From Ignavibacteriota bacterium (GTDB lineage Bacteria; Bacteroidota; Ignavibacteria; UBA10030), in NCBI GenBank assembly GCA_963701295.1, contig OY969585.1, forward strand, positions 3,040,001-3,104,000: a DNA stretch of 64,000 bases, written 5' to 3'. Below are positions 28,355-39,527 of the stretch, piece after piece (positions within the stretch are counted from its first letter, which is position 1; the number at the start of each line of letters is the position of its first letter). The translations under genes and the position numbers were made by a program. Under the pieces are notes generated by a model. That model saw nothing but the letters and a program-made list of their open reading frames with translations, ran no database searches and was not told the DNA's origin.

Positions 28355-30305
28355 TTGCTTGGGATTAGAATGCGTCTCTCAATTCTTTTTTTTGAAGTAA
28401 TATTTTGTCTGACTTTCACATATTCTGCAGAGACTGACTTTCTTATCAAGAGTCCGGATAACAATATTATTGTCCACTTTGGATTATCAGACGACAAACG
28501 AGCTTTTTACAGAATTGACTTTTCTGGCACGCCAGTTCTCTTGGAATCAAGATTAGGAATACTACGAGAGGACGCTGATTTTACAAAAGCCTTGTCTTTC
28601 AAATCAGCCTCTGTCGTAGAACCTATAAATTTTGAATATTCTCTTGTTAACCGAAAATGTTTCTACCATGCAACTCGACGTGTTTTTCATTTGAAAAGCT
28701 TTTCCGGTCAGCACATGGATATTATTTTCCATGTATCGAATGATGGGATTGCATTCCGGTACTTCTTCCCCGATACATCAAAGGATATAAAAAAAATATC
28801 GGCCGAAATCAGTACATTTCAATTCTTTCCGGGTACAAAAACATGGATTCAACCGATTGCAGAATCCAAATCTGGTTGGTGCCAGGTCAATCCATGTTAC
28901 GAAGAACACTATCAGCAAAATGTTGAAGTCGAGAACCTCATAACCAATAAAGCTGGTTGGATATTCCCTGCGCTATTTCACTCTAACAACTATTGGATGC
29001 TTCTTACAGAAACTGCTCCAGATCGCAATTATTGTGGTAGTCGTTTACAACACGATTCTACCAGCACCGATTTTCATATCGGTTTTCCGCAAAAGACCGA
29101 AAACTTTTCCGGTGGATCGGTAAATCCGGAATCAACTTTGCCTTGGTATTCGCCATGGAGAATTATTTGCATCGGAAAAAATCTCAATATTATTGTTGAA
29201 TCTCATCTCGGAACCTATCTTGCTGAACCCAACAAATTGAAAGACATCTCTTTTGTGAAACCCGGTAGGGCTTCCTGGAGTTGGCCTTTGCTGAAAGACG
29301 ATTCAACTGTGTATAGTGTACAAAAACGTTTCATTGATTATGCGGCAGAAATGAAATGGGAATATTGCCTGATCGATGCAAATTGGGACACGATGATAGG
29401 CTATGAAAAAGCTAAAGAGCTTTCAGCTTATGGCAAGCAAAAAAATGTCGGTATTCTGCTTTGGTATAATTCTTCCGGCGATTGGAACTCTACGACCTAT
29501 CATCCCAAAAGCATGTTGCTGACGCACGAAAGTCGAGTCCGTGAATTCACTCGCTTAAAAGAAATGGGTATCAAAGGTATCAAAGTTGATTTTTTCGGCG
29601 GCGATGGACAATCGATGATGGTGTATTACCAGGATATTTTGGAAGATGCGGCTTCGTTTGAGTTGATGGTGAACTGCCATGGTTCTTCTTTCCCGCGGGG
29701 CTGGCAGAGAACATATCCAAATTTGATCTCGATGGAAGGCGTGCGCGGATTTGAGTATATAACCTTCGATCAATTCAATGCCGACCTTGAAGCAAATCAT
29801 TGCTGCGTCCTTCCATTCACACGCAATGTATTTGATCCGATGGATTTCACTCCAATGTGTTTTTCAGAAATCCCAAATATAAAAAGAAAAACGACCAATG
29901 GGTTCGAACTTGCCCTCTCGGTGATTTTCTGGTCTGGGATACAGCACTACGCTGAAATTCCTGAAGGCATGGCAAAAGTCCCTGATTATGTGCAGAATTT
30001 TCTGCAAGAGCTTCCACCACAATGGGAAGAATCACGTTTCGTTGAGGGATTTCCAGGTAAGTTTGTTGTTCTTGCCCGAAGATCTGGAAACACTTGGTAT
30101 GTTGCAGGAATTAATGGCGAACAAATCGAGAAAAACATACAAATTGAACTACCATTCTTAAATAAATCAGTAACTGGAACACTGATTTCTGATGGTGACA
30201 ATATTAGGTCGTTCACAATAAAATCATTGAAAATAAATGTGAGAGAGCCAGTCAATAGTCACACTCAAAGAAAACGGCGGTTTTGTTTTAAAGGTTTCAG
30301 AATAA
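28355..30305 (+). CDS. GH97 glycoside hydrolase (frameshift near the 3' end)
   Basis: KPGRASWSW, RFIDYAA, GIKVDFFGGDG, NCHG, EGVRG, GH97-type C-terminal domain. The family-like ending VTLKENGGFVLKVSE* (stop 30305) lies in a shifted frame; the track frame runs on to 30427. Confidence 0.85.
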
Positions 30306-30350
30306 TTATTGTAGATTTATTTAAATCATATTTTGCAAGAAAGATACACT

Positions 30351-33194
30351 ATGAACAACTTTCTATCTTCCACTTTCACATTGCTTCTCTTGTTGCTTTC
30401 AATCAATATTTATACTCTTGCACATGAAAAACAAACAGATGGAGTTCTCTTTGAACTCCAAAAACAAAAAGAAACAGATCCTCAATGGCTTAAAGTACAG
30501 GTCTGCACTGAAAATATCATTCGCGTGATCGCATCGCCAGAGAAATCCTTTTCAACTCGGCAAAGTTTGATAGTGGACAAGAAATCCTGGGAGCCGATAC
30601 AGTGGAATGTCACGGAAAAAGGAGAATGGGTCGAGATATCTACCTCTGCAGTTACAGTTCGTGTCCATTCAAAAACCGGTGAAATTGTTTTTGTAGACTC
30701 AAAAGGCCGTGTGCTGTTGCAAGAGATCAATGGAGGCGGAAAAATTATAACTTCCACAGAAGTTGCGGGAGAAAAGACATTCCATATACAGCAGCTTTTC
30801 AATTCACTCGATGATGAAGCATATTATGGACTCGGCGGTCACCAGAATTCGATCATGAATTACAAAGGGCATGACGTCGATCTCTGGCAGCATAATATGG
30901 TGGAAGTTGTTCCTTTTCTTGTTTCGAATAATAATTATGGAATTCTATGGGATAATAATTCTCATTCAAAATTCGGGGATATCCGGGAGTTTGAATCTCT
31001 CTCGACACTAAAGCTTCTAAGCAACGATAGTTCTAACACCGGGTTGACTGCTGAATATTTCAAAGACACAGCTTTTACCACTCTCGTAACGTCTCGCATT
31101 GAACCAAGAATTGAACATGAATTCGTAGATGTTAGTAACGAATTTCCTTTAGGTTTTCAGCAAAATGTAACTGCTGTTCGTTGGAGCGGTACCATCGAGA
31201 GCAAAGAGTCTGGTATTCACAAATTCAGACTCTATTGCAGTGGTTATACAAAATTATGGCTGGATGGCAAGCTTGTGGTTGATTCGTGGCGGCAGAATTG
31301 GAATCCATGGATACATCTTCCCTGTCTTGAAATGAAAGCTGGGAAAAAATATCAAATTAGGATCGAGTGGATTCATTCCGGCGGTTACATTGGTTTGAAA
31401 TGTCTAACTCCGGAAAAGGGAGATACAAAAAACCGAATGTCATTGTATTCAGAAGTAGCCGATCAGATCGATTATTATTTTATCCATGGTGACAATCTTG
31501 ATCAAGTGATCAGTGGTTACCGCACAATTACCGGTAAAGCACCGATGATGCCGAAATGGGCAATGGGATTTTGGCAGTCACGTGAGCATTACAATTCCCA
31601 GGATGACATTCTTTCGACAGTAAAAGAATTCCGAAAACGCCAGATACCTCTCGACAATATTGTTCAAGATTGGTTTTACTGGAAAGAGGATCAATGGGGC
31701 AGCCAAGAGTTCGATATGGATCGTTATCCAGATCCTGCAGGAATGATTAAGACTCTTCATAACGATCTGCACACTCAGATTATGATTTCTGTCTGGCCAA
31801 AATTTTATGTCGGAATTAAAAATTACGATCTCCTAAATGAGAAGGGTTGGCTCTACAAGCGTAATGTTGAGAAGGAACAGAAAGATTGGGTTGGTCCTGG
31901 ATATGTTTCGACATTCTACGATGCATACAACTCGGATGCACGTAAGCTTTTCTGGAAACTTATAAATGAGAAACTCTTCAGTGCAGGAATAGATGCTTGG
32001 TGGCTCGATTGTTCTGAACCGGATATTTCTTCCAATCTCTCTAGAACTGAAACAATCCTTCGCCAGAGTCCAACTGCATTAGGTTCGGGGTATCGGTATC
32101 TTAATGCTTTTTCCTTAATGAATGCGAAAGGCGTGTACGAAGGTCAGCAAGCCACAAATCCTGATCAACGTGTATATATACTCACACGCTCCGCATTTGC
32201 CGGTCAGCAACATTATGCCGCAACAACTTGGAGCGGTGACCTAGCTTCGCGTTGGTATGATCTTAAAGCACAAATCTCATCGGGCATGAATTTTACGCTT
32301 TCCGGAATTCCATACTGGTCTATGGACATCGGCGGCTTTGCCGTAGAATCTCGGTATGAACATCCAACAGAAGCCGACCTTGATGAATGGCGTGAGCTGA
32401 ATACTCAATGGTACCAATTTGGAGCATTCGTTCCAATCTTCCGTGTTCATGGTCAATTTCCACTTCGTGAAATTTATAATATGGCTCCGGAAGATCATCC
32501 AGCATATCAATCTATGCTTAAATACAATAAGCTGCGCTATCGACTGATGCCTTACATCTATTCGCTCACCGGAATGGTTACTCATCAAGATTATACGATC
32601 ATGCGCGGACTGGTTATGGATTTCGGCTATGATAAAAACGTGTTGAATATTAGCGATCAGTTTATGTTTGGTCCAGCATTTATGGTTAATCCTGTGACCA
32701 AATATAAATCACGATCGCGGGCAGTCTATCTTCCTTCCGGGAGAGGCTGGTATGAATTTGCATCCGGTAAGTATTTTGCCGGAGGGCAAACAGTACAAGC
32801 CGATGCACCTTACACTGAAATTCCTCTTTATATAAAAGCCGGCTCGATTATTCCATGCGGACCGGAAATTCAATACACCACAGAAAAACCGGCAGATCCG
32901 ATACGATTGTTCGTATACACCGGCAGCGATGGTTCATTTACGGTCTATGAAGATGAGAATGTTAATTACAACTATGAAAAGGGATTATTCTCGACCATTC
33001 CGATGAGTTACAATGAAAATAATCATACACTTACTATTGGAAAACAGCAGGGTAACTTCCCCGGCATGCTCAAATCGCGAACATTTGAGATCGTCTTCAT
33101 TGGAAAACAAAAACCATCTGGATTTGATTTCCAATCGAAACCGGATGCTCAAATCACATACGACGGCAGTGAGCAATTGATTAAGATGAAATGA
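30351..33194 (+). CDS. GH31 alpha-xylosidase with inserted PA14 domain
   Basis: Signal peptide; PA14 (GLTAEYF...VRWSG...DSWRQNW); WWLDCSEP nucleophile region, WSGD, MDIGGF, RVHG. Confidence 0.92.
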   Translation: MNNFLSSTFTLLLLLLSINIYTLAHEKQTDGVLFELQKQKETDPQWLKVQVCTENIIRVIASPEKSFSTRQSLIVDKKSWEPIQWNVTEKGEWVEISTSAVTVRVHSKTGEIVFVDSKGRVLLQEINGGGKIITSTEVAGEKTFHIQQLFNSLDDEAYYGLGGHQNSIMNYKGHDVDLWQHNMVEVVPFLVSNNNYGILWDNNSHSKFGDIREFESLSTLKLLSNDSSNTGLTAEYFKDTAFTTLVTSRIEPRIEHEFVDVSNEFPLGFQQNVTAVRWSGTIESKESGIHKFRLYCSGYTKLWLDGKLVVDSWRQNWNPWIHLPCLEMKAGKKYQIRIEWIHSGGYIGLKCLTPEKGDTKNRMSLYSEVADQIDYYFIHGDNLDQVISGYRTITGKAPMMPKWAMGFWQSREHYNSQDDILSTVKEFRKRQIPLDNIVQDWFYWKEDQWGSQEFDMDRYPDPAGMIKTLHNDLHTQIMISVWPKFYVGIKNYDLLNEKGWLYKRNVEKEQKDWVGPGYVSTFYDAYNSDARKLFWKLINEKLFSAGIDAWWLDCSEPDISSNLSRTETILRQSPTALGSGYRYLNAFSLMNAKGVYEGQQATNPDQRVYILTRSAFAGQQHYAATTWSGDLASRWYDLKAQISSGMNFTLSGIPYWSMDIGGFAVESRYEHPTEADLDEWRELNTQWYQFGAFVPIFRVHGQFPLREIYNMAPEDHPAYQSMLKYNKLRYRLMPYIYSLTGMVTHQDYTIMRGLVMDFGYDKNVLNISDQFMFGPAFMVNPVTKYKSRSRAVYLPSGRGWYEFASGKYFAGGQTVQADAPYTEIPLYIKAGSIIPCGPEIQYTTEKPADPIRLFVYTGSDGSFTVYEDENVNYNYEKGLFSTIPMSYNENNHTLTIGKQQGNFPGMLKSRTFEIVFIGKQKPSGFDFQSKPDAQITYDGSEQLIKMK

Positions 33195-33242
33195 GACAAC
33201 AAATTAAATGAAAGAAGTGAAAATAGATTGAGGAAGAATGAA

Positions 33243-34925
33243 ATGAAAAAGTATTATTATGTTTTATTAGCTTGCGTTACAACTTTCTTTATGCTCATTG
33301 GCTCAGTTGTGTATGCAAAAACACTAAGCGACACCGTGCGAATGGTGTGTGTAGGAAACAGCATAACAGCAGGTTGGACGACTATTAATGCAACAACGGA
33401 TGCGTATCCTGCACAACTCGGGAGCATGCTCGGAAACAACTGGATTGTTTTCAATTCCGGCGTATCCGGCCGCACCATGTTACGTCAAGGCGATTATCCC
33501 ATTTGGAACGAGGCATTATTTAAAACCGGACTAGCATTCAATCCTGATATCGTTACTATTCTTCTGGGAACGAATGACAGTAAACCATGGAATTGGATAT
33601 ATAAAGATGCATTTGTGAATGATTATAAAGCGATGATTGATACGTTTAGAACACTACCGAGTCATCCGGTAGTATGGCTGGGCTTACCGGCTCCAGCATT
33701 TCGAGACACACTAGGAATTCGCGATTCGATCATCACAACCGACATCATTCCAATGATCCAGCAAATTGCATTAGATAAAGGCTGTCCGATTATAGATTTC
33801 AATACGGCAATGAGAAGTTATTCCGTTTTTTTCTCCGATGGAATTCACCCCAACACTACCGGTTCTGAAGCAATGGCAGAAGTAGTGTATAAAGCACTTA
33901 CAGGTAAATCGATTACAAGGGTTCAGGATGAAAATTGCGCGGCGAAGAAAACGGTAACTGTAAGCGGATCAATCGACTCGACTCTTTTTGGCGGTGGCAA
34001 TTTAGTTGATGGCATCCGCACAACAACCTGGACAGCGAATGGATTCCCTTCACAAGCAATAGTGGATTTCGGTTCGGTCCAAACAGTGGATTTCTTCCAA
34101 CTCGATTTTGGAAATTATGCAAACGCCGGATATCAATATCAAATAGAAACTGCTATAACTGCCGGCGTGTGGACAACAGTTATTGATAGCACAGCACGAA
34201 GAGATACAAGTTCCGTTTTTGTTCTTGCAAAAACAGATTCAATCCAGGCCCGCTATGTGCGTCTCACAATAACCGGAGCTGTTCATCCAAGAGGCGATAC
34301 CGTGTGTATTGCAGAATTCCGTGTTGTAAAAGCAAACGGAGGTGCACATGCGCCAGCAATCATAATTAAAAAGGTGAGCGCCAACAAAATAAATGCTGTG
34401 TATTCATTAACTCTCTTCTGGCCAAAAGATGAAAAGGGAGCTGCAATGATATACCAGCGAACCGGACAAAACGGGTTATTCCTCGGTACCACTGGATTAA
34501 AACCAGGAAATTCCTCAACAACTCAGCAGTACGTTAAGGTTGGAAATGTTTATGCATATTGTGCAGAATCTTTTTTAGACGGTGTGGAAACTTTTTCAGA
34601 TACTCTTAGCATAGATACAAATCCAACAGATGTCGATGAAACCGAATTGGATGTTATTCCTTCTGGCATTGTACTGCAGCAGTGCTATCCTAATCCATTT
34701 AATCCAATAACAAACATTTCTTTCAGTTTGCCAACAAAATCTTATATCTCATTGAAAGTTTTTGACCTTCTCGGAAGAGATGTGGCAACCATTGTCTCGG
34801 AAAATTTATCAGCGGGTAATTATACACGGCAATGGAATGCGTCAGGGATGTCAAGCGGTATCTATTTTTATCGTTTGCAGGCCGGGTCGTTTACAGAAAC
34901 CAAGAAACTATTATTACTTAAGTAA
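33243..34925 (+). CDS. SGNH/GDSL carbohydrate esterase + F5/8 (CBM32-like) domain + T9SS CTD
   Basis: CVGNSITAG, GVSG, LGTNDSK, DGIHP; discoidin-like ARYVRLTI; CTD QCYPNPFNP...SSGIYFYRL...KKLLLLK. Confidence 0.85.
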   Translation: MKKYYYVLLACVTTFFMLIGSVVYAKTLSDTVRMVCVGNSITAGWTTINATTDAYPAQLGSMLGNNWIVFNSGVSGRTMLRQGDYPIWNEALFKTGLAFNPDIVTILLGTNDSKPWNWIYKDAFVNDYKAMIDTFRTLPSHPVVWLGLPAPAFRDTLGIRDSIITTDIIPMIQQIALDKGCPIIDFNTAMRSYSVFFSDGIHPNTTGSEAMAEVVYKALTGKSITRVQDENCAAKKTVTVSGSIDSTLFGGGNLVDGIRTTTWTANGFPSQAIVDFGSVQTVDFFQLDFGNYANAGYQYQIETAITAGVWTTVIDSTARRDTSSVFVLAKTDSIQARYVRLTITGAVHPRGDTVCIAEFRVVKANGGAHAPAIIIKKVSANKINAVYSLTLFWPKDEKGAAMIYQRTGQNGLFLGTTGLKPGNSSTTQQYVKVGNVYAYCAESFLDGVETFSDTLSIDTNPTDVDETELDVIPSGIVLQQCYPNPFNPITNISFSLPTKSYISLKVFDLLGRDVATIVSENLSAGNYTRQWNASGMSSGIYFYRLQAGSFTETKKLLLLK

Positions 34926-34937
34926 GGAAGAGCTAAT

Positions 34938-37256
34938 TTGAAAATGAAAAACTTAAGCATCATTCTCATTTTTCTGGCAATGAGCAATGTATACGCTCAA
35001 CAGCCGGCGTATAAAAATCCGTCATTGCCAATTTCACAGCGAGTCAACGATCTTCTCCAACATATGACATTGGAGGAACAGGCAGCCCAGCTTTATGAAT
35101 TATTCTCCAGGGACACTCTCGCATTTGATGCAAACGGAAATTTCCTCAGTGTTCAAGATACTGCAATTCTCAACCGCGGCGTTGGCAGCTTTGGTACCTG
35201 GGCACTGTGGCGTGAGCGTTCGCTTCGGCATCGGGTGCAATGTATAAACGGTATTCAGCAATACATGATTGAAAAAACACGACTTGGGATTCCGATATTT
35301 ACATTCGGTGAATCTCTTCATGGTTTTATGGCTAATAGTGCAACCTCATTTCCCCAAGCTATTGCACTCGGATGTACTTGGGACACTGCGTTAGTCAAAC
35401 AGGTCTTTTCTGCTTCGGCTCTTGAAGCAAGCTCACGCGGAACCCGACAGGTCCTCTCGCCCGTCATCGACTTAGCACGTGATCCGCGATGGGGACGCAC
35501 AGAAGAATGTTACGGTGAAGATCCATACTTAGTATCGCGGTTTGCGATGGCAGCAGTTTTCGGATTCCAGGGACGTGACTCACTCATCGATAATCACCAT
35601 GTCGCTGCTACATTAAAACATTTTGCTGGGCATGGTCAACCGGAAGGTGGCCGAAATATTGCTCCGGCAAATTATTCGGAACGCGAATTTCGAGAGGGAC
35701 CTCTTTATCCATTTGAAATGGCTGTAACAAAAGCTCATGCGCGGTCGATTATGGCATCATACAATGAGTGGGATGGAATTCCGAACCATGTTAATCACAA
35801 ACTTCTTACTGATATTCTTCGCGGAGAGTGGGGTTTTGACGGATTCGTTATGAGTGATGGCGGCGGCATGGACGTGACCTATCGTGAACACCTTGCTGCT
35901 GCCGATTCAATCGAATCAGGTATTCTTTCGATCAATGCAGGAATCGATTATGAACTCGGCAGAGGAAGCTGTTTCGGGACACTTGCCCAACAAGTAAAGA
36001 ATGGAAAACTCTCTGAAGCTGTCATCCGACGAGCTGCAGCTAATGTGCTGCGTGTGAAATTTGAATGCGGATTGTTCGATCATCCGTATGCTGACATCAA
36101 TTTGATGGAGCGCGTCACCAATTCCAAAGAGCACAAGGCACTTGCTCTCAAGGCCGCACATAAAGCTATGGTGCTTCTGAAAAATGATAAAAAAACTCTT
36201 CCTTTCGATCCCGCAAAGATCAAAACGCTTGCAGTCATTGGTCCAAATGCCGCTGACATTCATCTGGGCGGGTACTCATCTTCCCCAATGGAAGGTGTGA
36301 GCGTGTTGGAAGGAATTCGTGCATTCGCCAAAGATAAATTCCAGGTGCTTTATACTGAAGGATGTAAGTTGACATTGAACAAGGAATGCAACTGGCATGT
36401 CGACGAAAATCCAATTCTCAACAATCCGGAAAATGATAGAAAGCTCATAGTCGAAGCAACGGAAATTGCAAAGCGAAGTGACGCAATCGTTCTCGTCTTA
36501 GGAGAGAACGAATTAATTTGTCGCGAAGCCTGGAGCGAAAACCATCTGGGTGATCGGGACAATTTGGATTTAGTCGGACAGCAAAATGAGCTGGCTGATG
36601 CAATTTTAAAAACCGGAAAACCAACCGTTATTCTGCTTATCAATGGTCGTCCCATTACTATCAATGAATTGAGCAAAAAAGCGCCTGCAATTATCGAGTG
36701 CTGGTACCTTGGACAAGAGACTGGCCATGCGGTTGCCGATGTAATTTTTGGAAAAGTCAATCCTTCCGGCAAACTCACAGTGACCTTCCCTCACTCAATT
36801 GGACAACTGCCTTGTTATTACGACCACAAACCATCTCGCTTTCGTAGTTATGTGTTAGCTGATTCAGCTCAGCTCTACCATTTTGGCTTTGGATTGAGCT
36901 ATACTCAATTCGAATATTCCAATCTTTTCGTTTCCCCGAAAACAATTTCGGTAAACGGTACAGCAGACGTTTCGATTGATGTGCGAAATAGCGGAGCCGT
37001 GGAAGGTGACGAAATAGTTCAACTCTACATCCATGATATAATAAGTCTTCCTACGCGACCGGTGAAAGAGTTGAAAGACTTCACTCGCATCAATCTCAAA
37101 CCGGGTGAGACTAAGACAGTTAAGTTCATTCTCACTCCAGACAAACTGGCCGCGATTGGATTAGATATGAAACGAATCGTTCCAACAGGAGCTTATGAAA
37201 TTATGGTTGGAAAAAGTTCTGTCGATGTAATTCGCGATACTCTGATTGTAAAATAA
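34938..37256 (+). CDS. GH3 beta-glucosidase/xylosidase
   Basis: DPRWGRTEECYGEDP, KHFAGHG, MASYNEW, VMSDG, NPSGKL, Fn3-like C-terminus. Confidence 0.93.
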   Translation: MKMKNLSIILIFLAMSNVYAQQPAYKNPSLPISQRVNDLLQHMTLEEQAAQLYELFSRDTLAFDANGNFLSVQDTAILNRGVGSFGTWALWRERSLRHRVQCINGIQQYMIEKTRLGIPIFTFGESLHGFMANSATSFPQAIALGCTWDTALVKQVFSASALEASSRGTRQVLSPVIDLARDPRWGRTEECYGEDPYLVSRFAMAAVFGFQGRDSLIDNHHVAATLKHFAGHGQPEGGRNIAPANYSEREFREGPLYPFEMAVTKAHARSIMASYNEWDGIPNHVNHKLLTDILRGEWGFDGFVMSDGGGMDVTYREHLAAADSIESGILSINAGIDYELGRGSCFGTLAQQVKNGKLSEAVIRRAAANVLRVKFECGLFDHPYADINLMERVTNSKEHKALALKAAHKAMVLLKNDKKTLPFDPAKIKTLAVIGPNAADIHLGGYSSSPMEGVSVLEGIRAFAKDKFQVLYTEGCKLTLNKECNWHVDENPILNNPENDRKLIVEATEIAKRSDAIVLVLGENELICREAWSENHLGDRDNLDLVGQQNELADAILKTGKPTVILLINGRPITINELSKKAPAIIECWYLGQETGHAVADVIFGKVNPSGKLTVTFPHSIGQLPCYYDHKPSRFRSYVLADSAQLYHFGFGLSYTQFEYSNLFVSPKTISVNGTADVSIDVRNSGAVEGDEIVQLYIHDIISLPTRPVKELKDFTRINLKPGETKTVKFILTPDKLAAIGLDMKRIVPTGAYEIMVGKSSVDVIRDTLIVK

Positions 37257-37310
37257 TCGTTCTTCAATATTCTTCACTTTCAAAAGAGATCAAATACCGA
37301 GGTAAATATT

Positions 37311-39293
37311 GTGAAAAAACTTATCATAACAATCTTCTCATTACTTGCTCTATCAGCGTCAGTGAACTCTCAAACGAGCACATTGGTGATCGATGCTTCG
37401 GACCTCAGGACAAAAATCAACAAGAATATCTATGGGCAGTTTTCCGAGCATCTCGGTAATTGTATCTATGGCGGTATTTGGGTTGGAAAAAATTCAGAGA
37501 TTCCCAATACCAATGGAATCCGAAATGACGTGGTTAAAGCGTTGAAGCGTATAAAAGTTCCGGTACTTCGCTGGCCGGGCGGATGCTTTGCCGATGAATA
37601 TCATTGGAAAGATGGTATTGGCCCGCGCGACAGTCGTCCCGCTATGGTCAATACCAACTGGGGCAGTGTTACTGAAGACAATAGTTTCGGCACACATGAG
37701 TTTCTTGAGTTGTGTCGACAAGTAGGATGTGATCCATATTTCACTGGTAACATTGGCAGCGGGACTGTGCAGGAACTTTCGCAATGGGTTGAGTATGTCA
37801 ATTCCGATAATGTTAGTCCAATGACTGAACTCCGGAAAAAGAATGGACAAGAAAAATCGTGGGGAGTGAAGTATTGGGGTATCGGCAACGAAAACTGGGG
37901 CTGTGGCGGGAATATGAGACCGGAATTTTATGCTGACCAAGCAAGACGGTATGGAACATACATGCGCGATTATGGAAAGAACAAGGTGTTTAAAATTGCG
38001 TGCGGTCCCTCTGACGAGGATTACAACTGGACGGAAGTTTTAATGAAAGGTGCTGCCGGTTTCATGAACGGATTATCACTCCATCACTATTCATTCAATG
38101 ATGGAAAGATTGCGGCCGATTTTGATGAATCGGGATGGTTTGACATTCTCAAGAAGACTCTGAAAATGGAAGAACTCATTACCAAACACAGCGCTATTCT
38201 GGATAAGTATGATCCGAACAAACGTGTTGCACTCGTTGTAGATGAATGGGGAACATGGTATGGTGTTGAACCCGGCACCAATCCTGGATTTCTCTATCAA
38301 CAGAATACGATGCGTGATGCGATAACTGCCGCCTGCAATTTAAATATTTTCAGTAATCATTGCGACCGAGTGAGGATGGCGAACATCGCTCAAATGGTAA
38401 ATGTTCTTCAAGCGATGATTCTCACCAAAGACGAGAAGATGGTTCTTACGCCAACGTATTACGTATTTGATATGTTCAAAGTACATCAGAATGCACTATG
38501 GGTGAAAACAACTATTGATTCTCCAAATTATGTATTCGGCGAACAAAAACTTCCCGCGGTCAATTGCTCTGCTTCGATTGATGATCATGGAAAACTTCAC
38601 ATTACACTCTGTAATATTGATCCGAAATCACAGCAAAGAATTTTTTGCAGCTTGAAGAAATTCAACGCAAAAGCAGTATCAGGACAGATACTGACTGCCA
38701 CAGAAATGAGCGCACATAATTCATTTAGCGCCCCCGTTGCTGTTGTGCCTCAACAATATTCTGGCGCTCATCTCAAGAATAATATCTTAGAAATAAATCT
38801 CCCCCCGATGTCTGTTGTCGTTCTGGAACTTGAAGGAACGTATGAGTTGTCGCCATCATTGGAACTAAAGACTCCAGAACCTGGAATCCAGTATGAATAT
38901 TATGAAGGCAAATGGAGTAATATTCCATACTTTGACTCATTAACCGTTAAGCGGTCGGGCGTGATTGAGCAATTTGTAATCCCTGAAAATAATTCCGGCG
39001 AGAATTTCGCAGTCCGATACGTTGGGTATATAAAAATCCCGGTAGATGGTTTGTATACGTTCTATACTAATTCAGACGATGGCACAAACCTGACAATTGA
39101 TAATACTGTCATAGTGGAAAATGACGGACAGCATGCCCCACAGGAACAATCCGGTATTGCAGTGTTAAAAGCTGGTTTTCATAAAATTCAAGTGAAGTTC
39201 TTCCAAGGGCCTGGAGGAAAAGTTCTAGATGTAGACTTTGAAGGACCAGGATTTACGAAACAGCTTATTTCATCCCATATGCTGTACCATTAG
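37311..39293 (+). CDS. GH51 alpha-L-arabinofuranosidase with C-terminal PA14 domain
   Basis: [48 protein letters not shown]; PA14 motifs SDDGTNL and NDGQHA. Confidence 0.93.
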   Translation: MKKLIITIFSLLALSASVNSQTSTLVIDASDLRTKINKNIYGQFSEHLGNCIYGGIWVGKNSEIPNTNGIRNDVVKALKRIKVPVLRWPGGCFADEYHWKDGIGPRDSRPAMVNTNWGSVTEDNSFGTHEFLELCRQVGCDPYFTGNIGSGTVQELSQWVEYVNSDNVSPMTELRKKNGQEKSWGVKYWGIGNENWGCGGNMRPEFYADQARRYGTYMRDYGKNKVFKIACGPSDEDYNWTEVLMKGAAGFMNGLSLHHYSFNDGKIAADFDESGWFDILKKTLKMEELITKHSAILDKYDPNKRVALVVDEWGTWYGVEPGTNPGFLYQQNTMRDAITAACNLNIFSNHCDRVRMANIAQMVNVLQAMILTKDEKMVLTPTYYVFDMFKVHQNALWVKTTIDSPNYVFGEQKLPAVNCSASIDDHGKLHITLCNIDPKSQQRIFCSLKKFNAKAVSGQILTATEMSAHNSFSAPVAVVPQQYSGAHLKNNILEINLPPMSVVVLELEGTYELSPSLELKTPEPGIQYEYYEGKWSNIPYFDSLTVKRSGVIEQFVIPENNSGENFAVRYVGYIKIPVDGLYTFYTNSDDGTNLTIDNTVIVENDGQHAPQEQSGIAVLKAGFHKIQVKFFQGPGGKVLDVDFEGPGFTKQLISSHMLYH

Positions 39294-39306
39294 CAAAAGG
39301 ATAATA

Positions 39307-39525
39307 ATGAAGAAAGACTTAATCCGACGAGATTTTCTTGACTGCATAGTTGGCACTAGCCTTACGTTCTCCAACGTCATTTTGCCCTATTCACTTCTAA
39401 GCCAAGACCTTCACCATTCAAATAACGTCCAATCGAATATTTCAAATCCTTATCTGTTATGGTACAAACAACCAGATGCCCTAATATCATATGATGGTAA
39501 TAAGCAATCTATCAAGATGGAATAA
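39307..39525 (+). pseudogene. 72-aa chimeric remnant: Tat-GH95-like N-terminus fused to a GH31-like C-terminus
   Basis: MKKDLIRRDFL...LLWYKQP parallels GH95 [11 protein letters not shown]...LWYDKP. The continuation [17 protein letters not shown] parallels the GH31 ending PDAQITYDGSEQLIKMK*. Confidence 0.65.
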
Positions 39526-39527
39526 AA

